37,658 bases of DNA from Promethearchaeota archaeon (GCA_016840165.1 JAEOSU010000061.1:1-37658); one strand, 5' to 3'; positions 9,832 through 19,362 are shown, numbered from the stretch's first letter. Numbers and translations are program-made. The notes: generated by a model not told the origin, from the sequence alone.

Positions 9832-10332
9832 ATGGAACCAGAAGAAATAAAAAAAAATGCAGAATTTCTTACAAAAAACCTCTCTGGAAAAGATGTACCG
9901 GGTAAAGTAAATATTAGCATTAGATATAAAAAACTTGTTGATTTCGCAAAAGTATACGGAATTGCTGACCCAAAGTATGTTGGATCGGAAGAGGATGGAA
10001 TTATTGCATGCCATGCTTTTGCAAACCATTTTACAATTAAAGCATTATATAAACTGCTCTTGGGAATGAAATTGACTAAAGATGGTAAAGAACGTACTTT
10101 TATTCTTAATCCTAATAAATTATTACATGCTGGGCAGCTTTATAACTGGGATGGATGTGTAGATGTGAAACCAGGAGACAAACTTAGTGTAAAGGCAAAA
10201 TGGGGAAAAGTATGGGTAATAGAAGATAATATGATCTTATTTGCCGATTTACACGTTGAAGTTAAAAATCAAGATGGAGAAATGGTCTGTAAACCAGTAG
10301 TGACTGCTGCTGTACGACCTGGAGGATATTAA
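9832..10332 (+). CDS. MaoC-like hot-dog fold protein (non-catalytic-type partner)
   Basis: FAKVYGIADPKY, LLHAGQ.Y, VKPGDKL; paired with the following MaoC gene. Confidence 0.7.
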   Translation: MEPEEIKKNAEFLTKNLSGKDVPGKVNISIRYKKLVDFAKVYGIADPKYVGSEEDGIIACHAFANHFTIKALYKLLLGMKLTKDGKERTFILNPNKLLHAGQLYNWDGCVDVKPGDKLSVKAKWGKVWVIEDNMILFADLHVEVKNQDGEMVCKPVVTAAVRPGGY

Positions 10333-10355
10333 ATCTCGTAAAGGAGGTATAAAAA

Positions 10356-10904
10356 ATGGTAAAAATTGCAGATATGAAAGTTAGTCAAGTTATCAAGAAT
10401 GAATTTGATGGAATCACTAGGGAATTGTTAAGAGAGTATGCAAAAGCATCGGGAGACACAAATCCAATCCATACTAATGATGAGATTGCTGAAAAAGCTG
10501 GATTGAAAGGTATTATTGCCCATGGACTTTTTTCGTATGGATTTATTACCAAATTATTCGAAGATTTTCTTGAGCATGGCAGATTTGGGAAACTTATAGA
10601 AACTAAAGCAGAAATGCGAGCTATGGTGAGGCCAGGTGATACTTTAATCACTGAAGCTAAGGTTACCAAAATTGATGGTAATCGAGTTTATTTTGATTTA
10701 AATCAAACAACGATTACCAATGTGGATATTAAAGATAAAAATGGAAATATTATAAAACAATTTGAAGCCGGAGAACGGGGATGGATTTCTGAGAAAGATA
10801 TTAAAAAAGGTTTGGTCAAAACTAAGGAAGTAGATAATGGTATCTTAACCTATAGAGAACAAGTAGCCACTCCTGGCTCTGCTATAATCGAAATAAATGA
10901 ATAA
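10356..10904 (+). CDS. MaoC-family (R)-specific enoyl-CoA hydratase/dehydratase
   Basis: Hydratase-2 motif YAKASGDTNPIH...IIAHG, VRPGDTL; SD GGAGGT upstream. Confidence 0.85.
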   Translation: MVKIADMKVSQVIKNEFDGITRELLREYAKASGDTNPIHTNDEIAEKAGLKGIIAHGLFSYGFITKLFEDFLEHGRFGKLIETKAEMRAMVRPGDTLITEAKVTKIDGNRVYFDLNQTTITNVDIKDKNGNIIKQFEAGERGWISEKDIKKGLVKTKEVDNGILTYREQVATPGSAIIEINE

Positions 10905-11138
10905 GGGACAAAATTTTAAAATATTACAAAAATTAATTCCTTCTCTTTTTTCTTATTTTCAGATCAAGCTTATTTGATGTCTCTTTTAGTTTTATTCTCA
11001 TTAAATTTAAAATAACATATTACTATGTATTGATTGAAAAAACATTTTTATAGTATTTCGACAAATGAGATATTTGCAATATCTGATTTAATTGTGAAAT
11101 GATCAAAATAAAGCGGATTAACTATTATTGTATTAGAT

Positions 11139-14054
11139 GTGAAAAAAATAGAAGGTTTGATTTTAAGCGGTAACTACGAGAAAGCCGCAGATGATTTGTT
11201 TTATATCATTTCTAGAAATCAAAAATCAGATTCAAATAAAGAATTAGTCTATAAAAGTTTAAATCTCTTAAATAAAATTTGCGATAAATCACCTTCAATT
11301 TCTTTAAGAGCCGTTAAGCTAATCCAAAAATTAGTTAATGATTCCAATTCATGGATAAGACTTGTATCTTTAGAGATTCTATATCAAATCTCATTATATC
11401 GCCCTAATCTACTTATAGATCTGATAGATAGTATTAAAAATCGATTTTATGACAATGAAGCAGTAGTAAAACGATTAGCGGTAAAAATAATCGGTAACCT
11501 AATATTGTCCTTACACATTGATAAAGATGAACTCTATAAAATTATTGATGAATTTAATTCAAAACTATTAGATAATGATTGGAAAGTTAAATTGCAGGTG
11601 ATGAAAACTCTTAAAAAGATTTTAAATCAAGATTACACTAAAATCCCTGATTTTGAACCATTGTTATCCATAATAATTGTAAACTTACGTGATGATGACG
11701 ATGATGTAGCAAGATCTGCCGCAGAATTGCTCAAAATACTTGGGACGTATTTCTTATCAAAAGAAAAGATCATGTATGTGCTGTTAAATCTCTTATATAA
11801 TGAAGAATCTCGAGTTAAAGAATTAATAATTTGGTTATTTGGAGAGATAGGAAAAGAAAAGAGTTCTGAAATCATCCCTGTAATTCCCAAATTAATAGCG
11901 CTTCTAAAAGAAGACGATTATAGAATCCAACTGCGTGTAATTGATGCGTTAGTTAGCATTTCAAAAAATAATTTTGATCAAATTTGGGCAAATTTAATAA
12001 ATGCTTTATACTCCAGTGATTTTGAATATCGAAATGTTATCATTAACGCTCTTTATCACTTGAGTCAAAATAATATTATTGAAGTATTTAATTACGTATT
12101 TGAAGAGTTGGAAAATCCTTCTGAAAATGTACGAGATGCTGTAGCGTTAGTATTTAAGAGATTATACGAGGAATACCAATTAGAAATAGAAAATGAAATT
12201 ACAAAAATCCTTTACACCTTAGAATCAAAGTATTGGAGAGAACGAGAGAAAACCATATTACTTCTTCGAAATATCTGTTTAATCTTAGAAAGTAAGAAGG
12301 TCGCAGTCTGGATCTTCATTGAATTAGAAAAGACTCTTAATGATGAGACAGATCCCGATGTTAAAGATGAAATTCTATATACATTAAAAAGTATTAAACA
12401 ATTGTTTAGCAATATCCATGAGACCATTGAAAAAGTAAATGAAGAATTAGCAGCATTTCGGAGAAAAATTCGGGAATTTCAAAGAATCCCTGCCGATTTT
12501 CGAGAAAAAATGAATGCTTATATAAGGGATTTTAAGTTTCGCGATACAGAGATCGAATTAGATAAAATATATCGCAAATCATTGACAAAAATTAAAAAGT
12601 TCAATAAAAAAATTAATAAGTTTGATTACAAGCGATTAGCTTTTAATTTAATTGAAGATTGGGAAGAAACCAAGGTTAATATTATTGATGAGCTTAGCAT
12701 TATAAAGGGATTTATTTCTGAAGTATTTGAAGAGAAAAAAAAGGAATATACCATAAGCATTCAATCAAGAGTAAAAAATTTACAAGATCGTATCAAAATT
12801 TTAAAAGCTCAGTATGAGGATCTCAAGGAATACACCTTTCCCGATGATTTAGATCAAATATTATTGAGTAATACCCAAGATAAGGATCTTAAAGAGAAGT
12901 TTTTTGAAATAACTCAACTGAGAAATTACCTTTTTAACCTTGATGATGATATCCGCGAAGATTTAGTTGACAATGTTGAATTCAACGAAATATATAAAAA
13001 TTTATTACGAAATTGGGTTAGTACAAAAATAGAAATTCAAGAGTATCTCAGTGATTTGGACCGTAAAATAAAGATTGTAAAGGATAAAGTTATTGATTAT
13101 TTTGTTGATATTCGTAATCGCAAAGAAGTTGTTGAGGACCTAAAAGTAAATAATATTCAAAATGAAATGGGATTTCAACTATTTCAAGGGCATATTCAAA
13201 ACCTTATTACTCAATCTATCGAGGGATTTAAAAAGTTCAATAATCAATTTGAGAATTTAGATTTGAAAATTAAAGTATTGATAAAGAAAAATGAATTTTC
13301 AGATGTGAAAAAATTAATCGAAATGAATACATCACAGATACAATTATTTATTGAAGAGAGTGAAAACCGAATAGATAATATCATAGGAAAAATTACTGAA
13401 GATAATAATATTTTCAATCTCTTTATTCGACCCTATATAACTAAATTTATAGATACCAAGGAAATGCTGATAAATAAGTTAAAAACTTTTAATAAAAGAA
13501 GTAATGATAAACTCTTACTCGCTCAGATTAAATTTTACCTAGAAATTACTAATCGAATCAAACTCAAGAATCTTGCTTCCTACACCGAATTGGATTCAGA
13601 ATTCTTGAAAGAAGAAGTTCTAAAATTTATTCGAAAAAATAATCTAAATGCTAAAATAATTGATGATTATTTATACAGTCCCGAACAGGAGGAAGTTTTA
13701 GAAGCAAAAGATTTGCTTTTCTTTAAAAATATCAAATCGATCGGTAATAAGATTTATTTCAATTTTAAGTTGAACAATCCTACAAATTTACTTTTTAAGG
13801 ATTTGCAAATAGCCTTAAAAGCTCCTCCTTATTTACAATATCTTAAAAAAGAAAGCTTTCCTATGCTTCTGTTTCTTGATGAGTTGAAATCGGGAAATGT
13901 ATTTAAATTCAATTATGTGTTTAAAATTATCCGAGAAAGTGAAAGAAAAATTACAGACCACAGGGTAGATGAAGTAACTCTTAAATTATACTATAAAGAT
14001 CCCTTCAACATAAACCGAAAAATTACAAAAAAAATTAACCTCCTCCTTCCTTAG
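11139..14054 (+). CDS. HEAT-repeat protein with coiled-coil middle and C-terminal beta-rich domain
   Basis: Multiple HEAT units (LVNDSNSWIR, LLDNDWKVK, LRDDDDDVAR, LKEDDYRIQ, LENPSENVR); C-terminus beta-strand rich (FNFKLNNPT, LKLYYKDPF). Confidence 0.8.
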   Translation: MKKIEGLILSGNYEKAADDLFYIISRNQKSDSNKELVYKSLNLLNKICDKSPSISLRAVKLIQKLVNDSNSWIRLVSLEILYQISLYRPNLLIDLIDSIKNRFYDNEAVVKRLAVKIIGNLILSLHIDKDELYKIIDEFNSKLLDNDWKVKLQVMKTLKKILNQDYTKIPDFEPLLSIIIVNLRDDDDDVARSAAELLKILGTYFLSKEKIMYVLLNLLYNEESRVKELIIWLFGEIGKEKSSEIIPVIPKLIALLKEDDYRIQLRVIDALVSISKNNFDQIWANLINALYSSDFEYRNVIINALYHLSQNNIIEVFNYVFEELENPSENVRDAVALVFKRLYEEYQLEIENEITKILYTLESKYWREREKTILLLRNICLILESKKVAVWIFIELEKTLNDETDPDVKDEILYTLKSIKQLFSNIHETIEKVNEELAAFRRKIREFQRIPADFREKMNAYIRDFKFRDTEIELDKIYRKSLTKIKKFNKKINKFDYKRLAFNLIEDWEETKVNIIDELSIIKGFISEVFEEKKKEYTISIQSRVKNLQDRIKILKAQYEDLKEYTFPDDLDQILLSNTQDKDLKEKFFEITQLRNYLFNLDDDIREDLVDNVEFNEIYKNLLRNWVSTKIEIQEYLSDLDRKIKIVKDKVIDYFVDIRNRKEVVEDLKVNNIQNEMGFQLFQGHIQNLITQSIEGFKKFNNQFENLDLKIKVLIKKNEFSDVKKLIEMNTSQIQLFIEESENRIDNIIGKITEDNNIFNLFIRPYITKFIDTKEMLINKLKTFNKRSNDKLLLAQIKFYLEITNRIKLKNLASYTELDSEFLKEEVLKFIRKNNLNAKIIDDYLYSPEQEEVLEAKDLLFFKNIKSIGNKIYFNFKLNNPTNLLFKDLQIALKAPPYLQYLKKESFPMLLFLDELKSGNVFKFNYVFKIIRESERKITDHRVDEVTLKLYYKDPFNINRKITKKINLLLP

Positions 14055-14190
14055 GATTTGTGGCAACCTAAATCATGTTATTTTTAAAATATTACCGTAC
14101 CTATCGATAACTTCGATAAATACTATTAAATAAATTAATAAATCAATAAATATTACTTTTCAAATAAAATATATACGTTGCAAGTAGATT

Positions 14191-14706
14191 ATGACAATGG
14201 GTACTAAATACAAGATTAGTAAAATTATTAAAATTCCGGCATTTCTGGGTATCCTTATTGGATTTTTTGCTGCTTTAGTTCAAGCATTAATTATTAGTGC
14301 TGGTGGACCGGAAGCGTATGGATTTTGTGTTGCTTGCCATACTAGAGACTTAGTGAATGCCTTTTTTAACGCATTTACAGGTGATAGTTTGGGAATTGCT
14401 CCAGTTTCTATGGTTACTCCTGTTCTCACAATTATCGGCGTTATTATTGGAGGTTATATTGCCGCTACAAGAAACAAAGAATTTAAAGTAAAAAAGACAA
14501 AACCAATCATCTATCTCCTTTATTTTCTAGGAGGAATCGCTGTTTTAAATCTCGCATTATTATTAGGTGCATGCCCTTACAGAGTTGCCTTAAGGTTTGC
14601 ATATGGTGACTTAATTGCATTAATAGGGGTCCTCTCAATTGCGGGAGGAGTCGCAGTAGGTGTATTAATCCTTCTTTTTATAATGAAAAGGAGGGATTTT
14701 AATTAA
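14191..14706 (+). CDS. YeeE/YedE-family S/Se transporter, N-terminal half
   Basis: Hydrophobic, YGFCVACHTRD and LGACPYR motifs. Confidence 0.85.
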   Translation: MTMGTKYKISKIIKIPAFLGILIGFFAALVQALIISAGGPEAYGFCVACHTRDLVNAFFNAFTGDSLGIAPVSMVTPVLTIIGVIIGGYIAATRNKEFKVKKTKPIIYLLYFLGGIAVLNLALLLGACPYRVALRFAYGDLIALIGVLSIAGGVAVGVLILLFIMKRRDFN

Positions 14707-15215
14707 TGGCAGACGGATTCTTAGTTTCTTCAGCAGCTATTATAATCATTCCCTTGGTAACACTTGCATTAGGCTTTCTGATTGGTTATCTTGCTCAGAG
14801 GTCAGGATTTTGTTCGATTGGTGGTATGAGAGATCTTATGATGTTTAAACACACTCGATTATTTTTCGGATATCTTGCCTTAATTGGGGGAGGATTCTTA
14901 GGATATTTACTTTTTTGGGCAATTATTCCTAGTGCGTTTCCTAACTTTCTCTGGTCAGTTACTCAATCTAACCCCCTCACTCCAATTCCAGGGGCTCCAG
15001 GAGGTTTATCTATAATTTCTTATGTATTATTAGCAATTATTGGGGGATTTGGCATGGGATTTATCGGAGTACTACTTGGTGGTTGTCCTTTAAGACAAAT
15101 CGTGATGGGGACCGAGGGAAATTTGCGATCGTTATTTTATATCTTAGGATTGGTCATTGGTGCGATAATCTTTCACGTTTGGGTAATTGAACTAGTAGTT
15201 GCAATACTCCCTTAA
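14706..15215 (+). CDS. YeeE/YedE-family S/Se transporter, C-terminal half
   Basis: QRSGFCSIGGMRD and LGGCPLRQ motifs; TAATG stop/start overlap with the previous gene. Confidence 0.88.
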   Translation: MADGFLVSSAAIIIIPLVTLALGFLIGYLAQRSGFCSIGGMRDLMMFKHTRLFFGYLALIGGGFLGYLLFWAIIPSAFPNFLWSVTQSNPLTPIPGAPGGLSIISYVLLAIIGGFGMGFIGVLLGGCPLRQIVMGTEGNLRSLFYILGLVIGAIIFHVWVIELVVAILP

Positions 15216-15235
15216 TATAAAAGAGGTAAATAAAC

Positions 15236-15463
15236 ATGGTAGAATACAAATTAGATATTTTGGGGAAAGTTTGTCCTTACTGCTTATTAGCAGTCAGGAA
15301 TGAGATGAAAAAATTATCTCTTGGAGACACATTGGTAGTGCTTACTGATCATCCACCTGCAGCCACTGATACAATTCCTTATGATATGAAAAAAAAAGGG
15401 AATGAGATATCCTCTAAAAAATTACAACCCGGAATCTGGGAATTAACCATAACAAAAAAATAG
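15236..15463 (+). CDS. TusA/SirA/YedF-family sulfur carrier
   Basis: LDILGKVCPY, LVVLTDHPPA; SD GAGGT. Confidence 0.9.
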   Translation: MVEYKLDILGKVCPYCLLAVRNEMKKLSLGDTLVVLTDHPPAATDTIPYDMKKKGNEISSKKLQPGIWELTITKK

Positions 15464-15479
15464 ATTAATATAGACAATT

Positions 15480-16664
15480 ATGACCACGATTAAAATATTT
15501 TTTCTTTTTTTTGATAAATTGAGTAAAGAACGATTAGAATGGTTAATGGCTGTATTAAATTATCTAAATAATCAAGAAAGATCTCCTCATTATGAAATAA
15601 CCTTTTTTTTAAGTGGAGAAAGTCTCTATAGTTTATTAGATAAAAGGATGAGTGATATATGGATCAAAATTTTGAAAATCCCTCAGATCAAGCTTTTTCT
15701 TGATCATCATGAACTTAAGATATTAGGTCTTCCAGTTGATATATTGCATAAAAGATATTTAGATTCAATAAGTTTATCTCTTGAAGACTTAGATAATAGA
15801 TTTAGCTTTTGGGATCTAATAATAGAGAAAATAATGAAACAGCAATTTGATTCACGAATCGGTCTCTTACAAAATGATGGACCGTATATGCATAGAACAT
15901 CCGTATATTCTGTGCGATTAATGAATGCCGCTATTAATAGAAATCTTAACACTGAATTTTATGGTTATCTTGATGGAGTACATCTTGGTCATAAAGGTCA
16001 AAAACCATCTGAATTTGAAAATATCTCTCAATCACTTTTAGATATTAAACAGAAAGCAAATGAAAAAAAATTAGAATTTTCAATGCTTTCCTGTACCCGC
16101 TGTGGAACAGCAAGAGGTTACATTCGCTCTCAATCCACTAACGAGTATTATTTATCAGATGATACTATTCCTCATTATATGTTTTGTAATCTAAATAAAA
16201 TAATAGATCAATTTGAAAAGCAACATCCTATAATCTCCTCTAATTCTGCATTAATCATCTATGATCCTCAAAAAAATGAAGCAAGACCACAATTAACTAT
16301 CTTTATTACACGTAGTCCTTATGCCTCTGAATGGACTTTTGGGGGCGTATCATTTGCAATAGCAAGTGCCACTCATGATATATCGACACAAGTTATATTC
16401 CTTGAAAATGGAGTTTATGGACTGATTGGAGAACATCAAATTAATGAAAAAGAAAAAATCTTTAATATACAAGATATTTTAGAAGCCACAGCAGATTTGA
16501 AAAATCTTAAGTTCTATGCTCACGCACCATCCTTAGAAAAAAGAAATATATTCCTCTCAAAAACGTTAAAAAATGTATCACTTCTCAATAATGAGGATTT
16601 AGCGAATATGGTATTAAAAAATAATCGAAAAGGTTTATACCATAAAAGAATTATATTTTTTTAA
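15480..16664 (+). CDS. Multi-domain DsrE/DsrF-like sulfur relay protein
   Basis: Three DsrE-fold-like segments (FFLSGESLY; GPYM...YLDGVH...SCTRCGTARG; RSPYASE...FLENGVY...SLEKR). Confidence 0.75.
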   Translation: MTTIKIFFLFFDKLSKERLEWLMAVLNYLNNQERSPHYEITFFLSGESLYSLLDKRMSDIWIKILKIPQIKLFLDHHELKILGLPVDILHKRYLDSISLSLEDLDNRFSFWDLIIEKIMKQQFDSRIGLLQNDGPYMHRTSVYSVRLMNAAINRNLNTEFYGYLDGVHLGHKGQKPSEFENISQSLLDIKQKANEKKLEFSMLSCTRCGTARGYIRSQSTNEYYLSDDTIPHYMFCNLNKIIDQFEKQHPIISSNSALIIYDPQKNEARPQLTIFITRSPYASEWTFGGVSFAIASATHDISTQVIFLENGVYGLIGEHQINEKEKIFNIQDILEATADLKNLKFYAHAPSLEKRNIFLSKTLKNVSLLNNEDLANMVLKNNRKGLYHKRIIFF

Positions 16665-16699
16665 GTAAAATAAATAGAATTAAGTATAGATTAATAAAA

Positions 16700-16933
16700 A
16701 TGGTCACTCTTGAAACATACGACTTTACCGATCTTACTTGTACGAATCTAATGATCAAGCTTAAGATCCTTCTAAAAAAGTTACCTGTGGGAGAGCAACT
16801 AAATTTTTATTCTAACCGTGAACAATATGATAATATCAGAAAGCCATTTGCGAAGGATCCTTATAAATTACAAGGAGAACAATTGGGAGATAATCGATAC
16901 TTAGTTGCAATACTCAAAAATTCCAAGAGGTGA
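16700..16933 (+). CDS. Divergent TusA-like small protein
   Basis: YDFTDLTC at the position of TusA LDxxGxxC; 77 aa; LPVGEQL. Confidence 0.6.
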   Translation: MVTLETYDFTDLTCTNLMIKLKILLKKLPVGEQLNFYSNREQYDNIRKPFAKDPYKLQGEQLGDNRYLVAILKNSKR

Positions 16934-16941
16934 TATATTCA

Positions 16942-17298
16942 ATGTCAAAAATACATGACCCTCTTATTATTCATCTTGTATTTACTCGAAATCATCAAAA
17001 ATATATCTTATTTTCGTTAAGTTCATTGAATTATGAATACTTATATGTCTATCACATGAAAAAACCAATTCGTTCTCTATTTTATGGAGAGAATTTTCAA
17101 GGTTTAATATCAACACTATTACAAGATACAACAGTGGATTGCATTGAATGTTCTTTGGGTCCAAATATGATAGGTGGGGTATCTATTGATGGTGATCAAC
17201 AAGTTCTTAACAAGATGTCTCTTGAAGAATGTAATACCATCTTAGCACGACTAAAAGTAGAGCTAAAACGTTCTTTAGACATAGTAGTTCCTTTTTAA
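16942..17298 (+). CDS. Hypothetical protein with CxxC
   Basis: ATG 16942 follows SD GAGGTGA (the track's GTG 16930 lies inside the SD); DCIECSLG. Confidence 0.65.
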   Translation: MSKIHDPLIIHLVFTRNHQKYILFSLSSLNYEYLYVYHMKKPIRSLFYGENFQGLISTLLQDTTVDCIECSLGPNMIGGVSIDGDQQVLNKMSLEECNTILARLKVELKRSLDIVVPF

Positions 17299-17327
17299 AA
17301 AATATGTAAAATAAAAGTGAGGTGAAA

Positions 17328-18356
17328 ATGCAAGAAAAAAGTGAGTATCGACTTACTTCACAGGTAAAAATACATGGATGAAGTTGCAAACTCGGACCAA
17401 CGGATTTACGAGATCTGCTAGTAAAAACTGGATTAGCGGGAGATATTGAAGATGCTGCACTAGTACCAATTCCAAAAACAGATTTGGTTCTGGTAAAAAA
17501 TATTGATATAATGACTCCAATAGTCGATGAACCAGATATTATGGGAGAAATTGCTGCTTGTAATGTAACAAATGATATTTTTGCATTAAATGTTCCTGAG
17601 ATATCAGGTATGTTGGTATTTTTGGCAATTCCTATAAATATGCCAATAGAGATTGCTGAAGGTATTTTAATAGGGATAAAAAACTTTATGGAAAAGAAAT
17701 TGAACTCACAAGTCGTTGGTGGACACACTATTTATTCAGCATGGCCTCTTACTGGAGGAGAAGCAAGTGGATTTGCTCAAAAAGACGACATCATCCCTAA
17801 AAATGGCGTAAAAAATGGTGACAAATTAATTTTAACGAAACCCATTGGCCTGCAGGCAATCATGGCGGCTTATCGTGTCTTAAAAGATTTTCCAGATTTT
17901 TTAGAGCAATATTCTCAACCAGAACTTAAAAAATCTATTGATTTTGCCATCAAACTAATGACAACTTCTAATCAAGATGTAGTTAAAACCATACACAGCT
18001 ATGAAGATTTTTCTTTTGTGCATGCGATGTCGGATGTAACTGGATTTGGTTTGGCAGGTCATCTTGAAGAAATGCTCCAACATTCAAACTTATCTGCCTT
18101 AATCACAAAAACACCTTCAATCACACTTTCTAAAAGCCTTTCTGAGGAATTAGGTTATTCTTTTGATGATTGCACTTGCCATGAAACTGCGGGAGGTATG
18201 ATAATTTCTGTGGATCCTGCTCGGACTGAAGATTTCTCCGATAAGCTTACTCGAAATGGCGTTAGAAACTGGATTATTGGGGAGATTGATAAGTTCAAGC
18301 CTAGAACGGTACGAGTTTCTGATGATGTCCAAAATGTTGAAGTATCATATCTTTAG
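17328..18356 (+). CDS. selD: Selenophosphate synthetase, selenoprotein (Sec encoded by TGA 17379-17381), 342 aa
   Basis: SD GAGGTGA 17319-17325, ATG 17328, MQEKSEYRLTSQVKIHG-U-SCKLGP in frame with the 17484 ORF; EDAA, GGHT, ILTKPIG, DVTGFGLAGH, ETAGG. Confidence 0.95.
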
Positions 18357-18428
18357 AGATGTCTATGAAGTGAGCTTAAACACGAAAGTGAGGGCTTACA
18401 GAGAATTACACTTGCCCAGTGGCATCTC
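18356..18428 (+). promoter_or_regulatory. Eukaryote-type (form 2) SECIS element in selD 3' UTR
   Basis: Lower stem GAGATGTC/GGCATCTC; core ATGAA 18365-18369 / AGAG 18400-18403; stem GTGAGCTT/GGGCTTAC; unpaired AAA 18378-18380; mini-stem CAC-GAAA-GTG. Confidence 0.88.
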
Positions 18429-18433
18429 AACTA

Positions 18434-19228
18434 CTATTCCGTCTTAATTTTTCCATTTAGATTGTGGACTATTTTTTTAGCCTTCTTAATGGCATTCTCA
18501 ACTAACTCAACGTCATTTTCTACATTAAAACACGTAACAGAAAGCTCAACTTCTACAGAAAGCCCAATTCGGGGGTGAGTTTTAATCCATAGTTGTGGAT
18601 ATTCTTCTTCTATTTGAGTAATATATGGAGCAATTTGTGATTCTCCAATACCAGTAAAAATAAATCCTCTTTCTATAAATTTCCCTTTGGTTTCCTTCAG
18701 AAGAGGTGTGATCACAGTTCGAAACATGGATTTCATCTCAGCAGGCACTCCTGGCAAAATAAAAATCGTAGTATTCTTCTCCGTTAATTTCACTCCAGGG
18801 GCTGTTCCAACTGTATTAGGTAATGGGGTAGAACCACGAGGAAGGTAAGCCATTTTTTTCCTTTCTTTAGTCATTCCTTCAAGTTTTAAAATCCCTCTTC
18901 GGGTTGCACTTTCATATGCTTTCTTGATGGAATTAAAAGCATGCTGGTTCAATACGATCTCTCTCTTTAAACCTTTCGCAATCCCTTCTAAAGTCATATC
19001 ATCGAAAGTTGGTCCAAGTCCTCCTGTGGTGATTATCATATCTGGTTTTCGTGCAAGTATTTCTTTTAATGTAGTTGAAATCTCATCTAAGTCATCTCCT
19101 ATAGTGGTTATTCGTTTTAATCGATGCCCATACTTCGTAATTCGCTTTGCCATCCAATTTGAATTAGTATCTTGAGTTTTTCCAATTAAAATTTCATTTC
19201 CAATCGTTAAGATTTCAACATTCATCAA
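18434..19228 (-). CDS. CinA N-terminal / molybdopterin-binding (COG1058) protein
   Basis: IGNEILIG...DTN, TGGLGPTFDDMT, NTVGTAPG, LPGVPAEM, IKTHP. Confidence 0.9.
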   Translation of the reverse strand: MMNVEILTIGNEILIGKTQDTNSNWMAKRITKYGHRLKRITTIGDDLDEISTTLKEILARKPDMIITTGGLGPTFDDMTLEGIAKGLKREIVLNQHAFNSIKKAYESATRRGILKLEGMTKERKKMAYLPRGSTPLPNTVGTAPGVKLTEKNTTIFILPGVPAEMKSMFRTVITPLLKETKGKFIERGFIFTGIGESQIAPYITQIEEEYPQLWIKTHPRIGLSVEVELSVTCFNVENDVELVENAIKKAKKIVHNLNGKIKTE

Positions 19229-19362
19229 TAAATTCTCTGTAAACTCATTTATTTTATGTTTATAATATAAATTAAAGTTAAAATTTAAAACTGTATTTTC
19301 TCAAAATTGATATTTGGCAATTAATTTCATTAATTATTAGATAAATCATTCTTCTTAATCAC

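Noticed and set aside
14104-14119. TCGATAA direct repeat upstream of the selenium cluster
   Set aside because: Two 7-mers in AT-rich DNA are too weak without comparative data.
17207-18447. ORFs 17207-17728(-), 18150-18332(-) and 18256-18447(+)
   Set aside because: Shadows of selD and its SECIS with no motifs.
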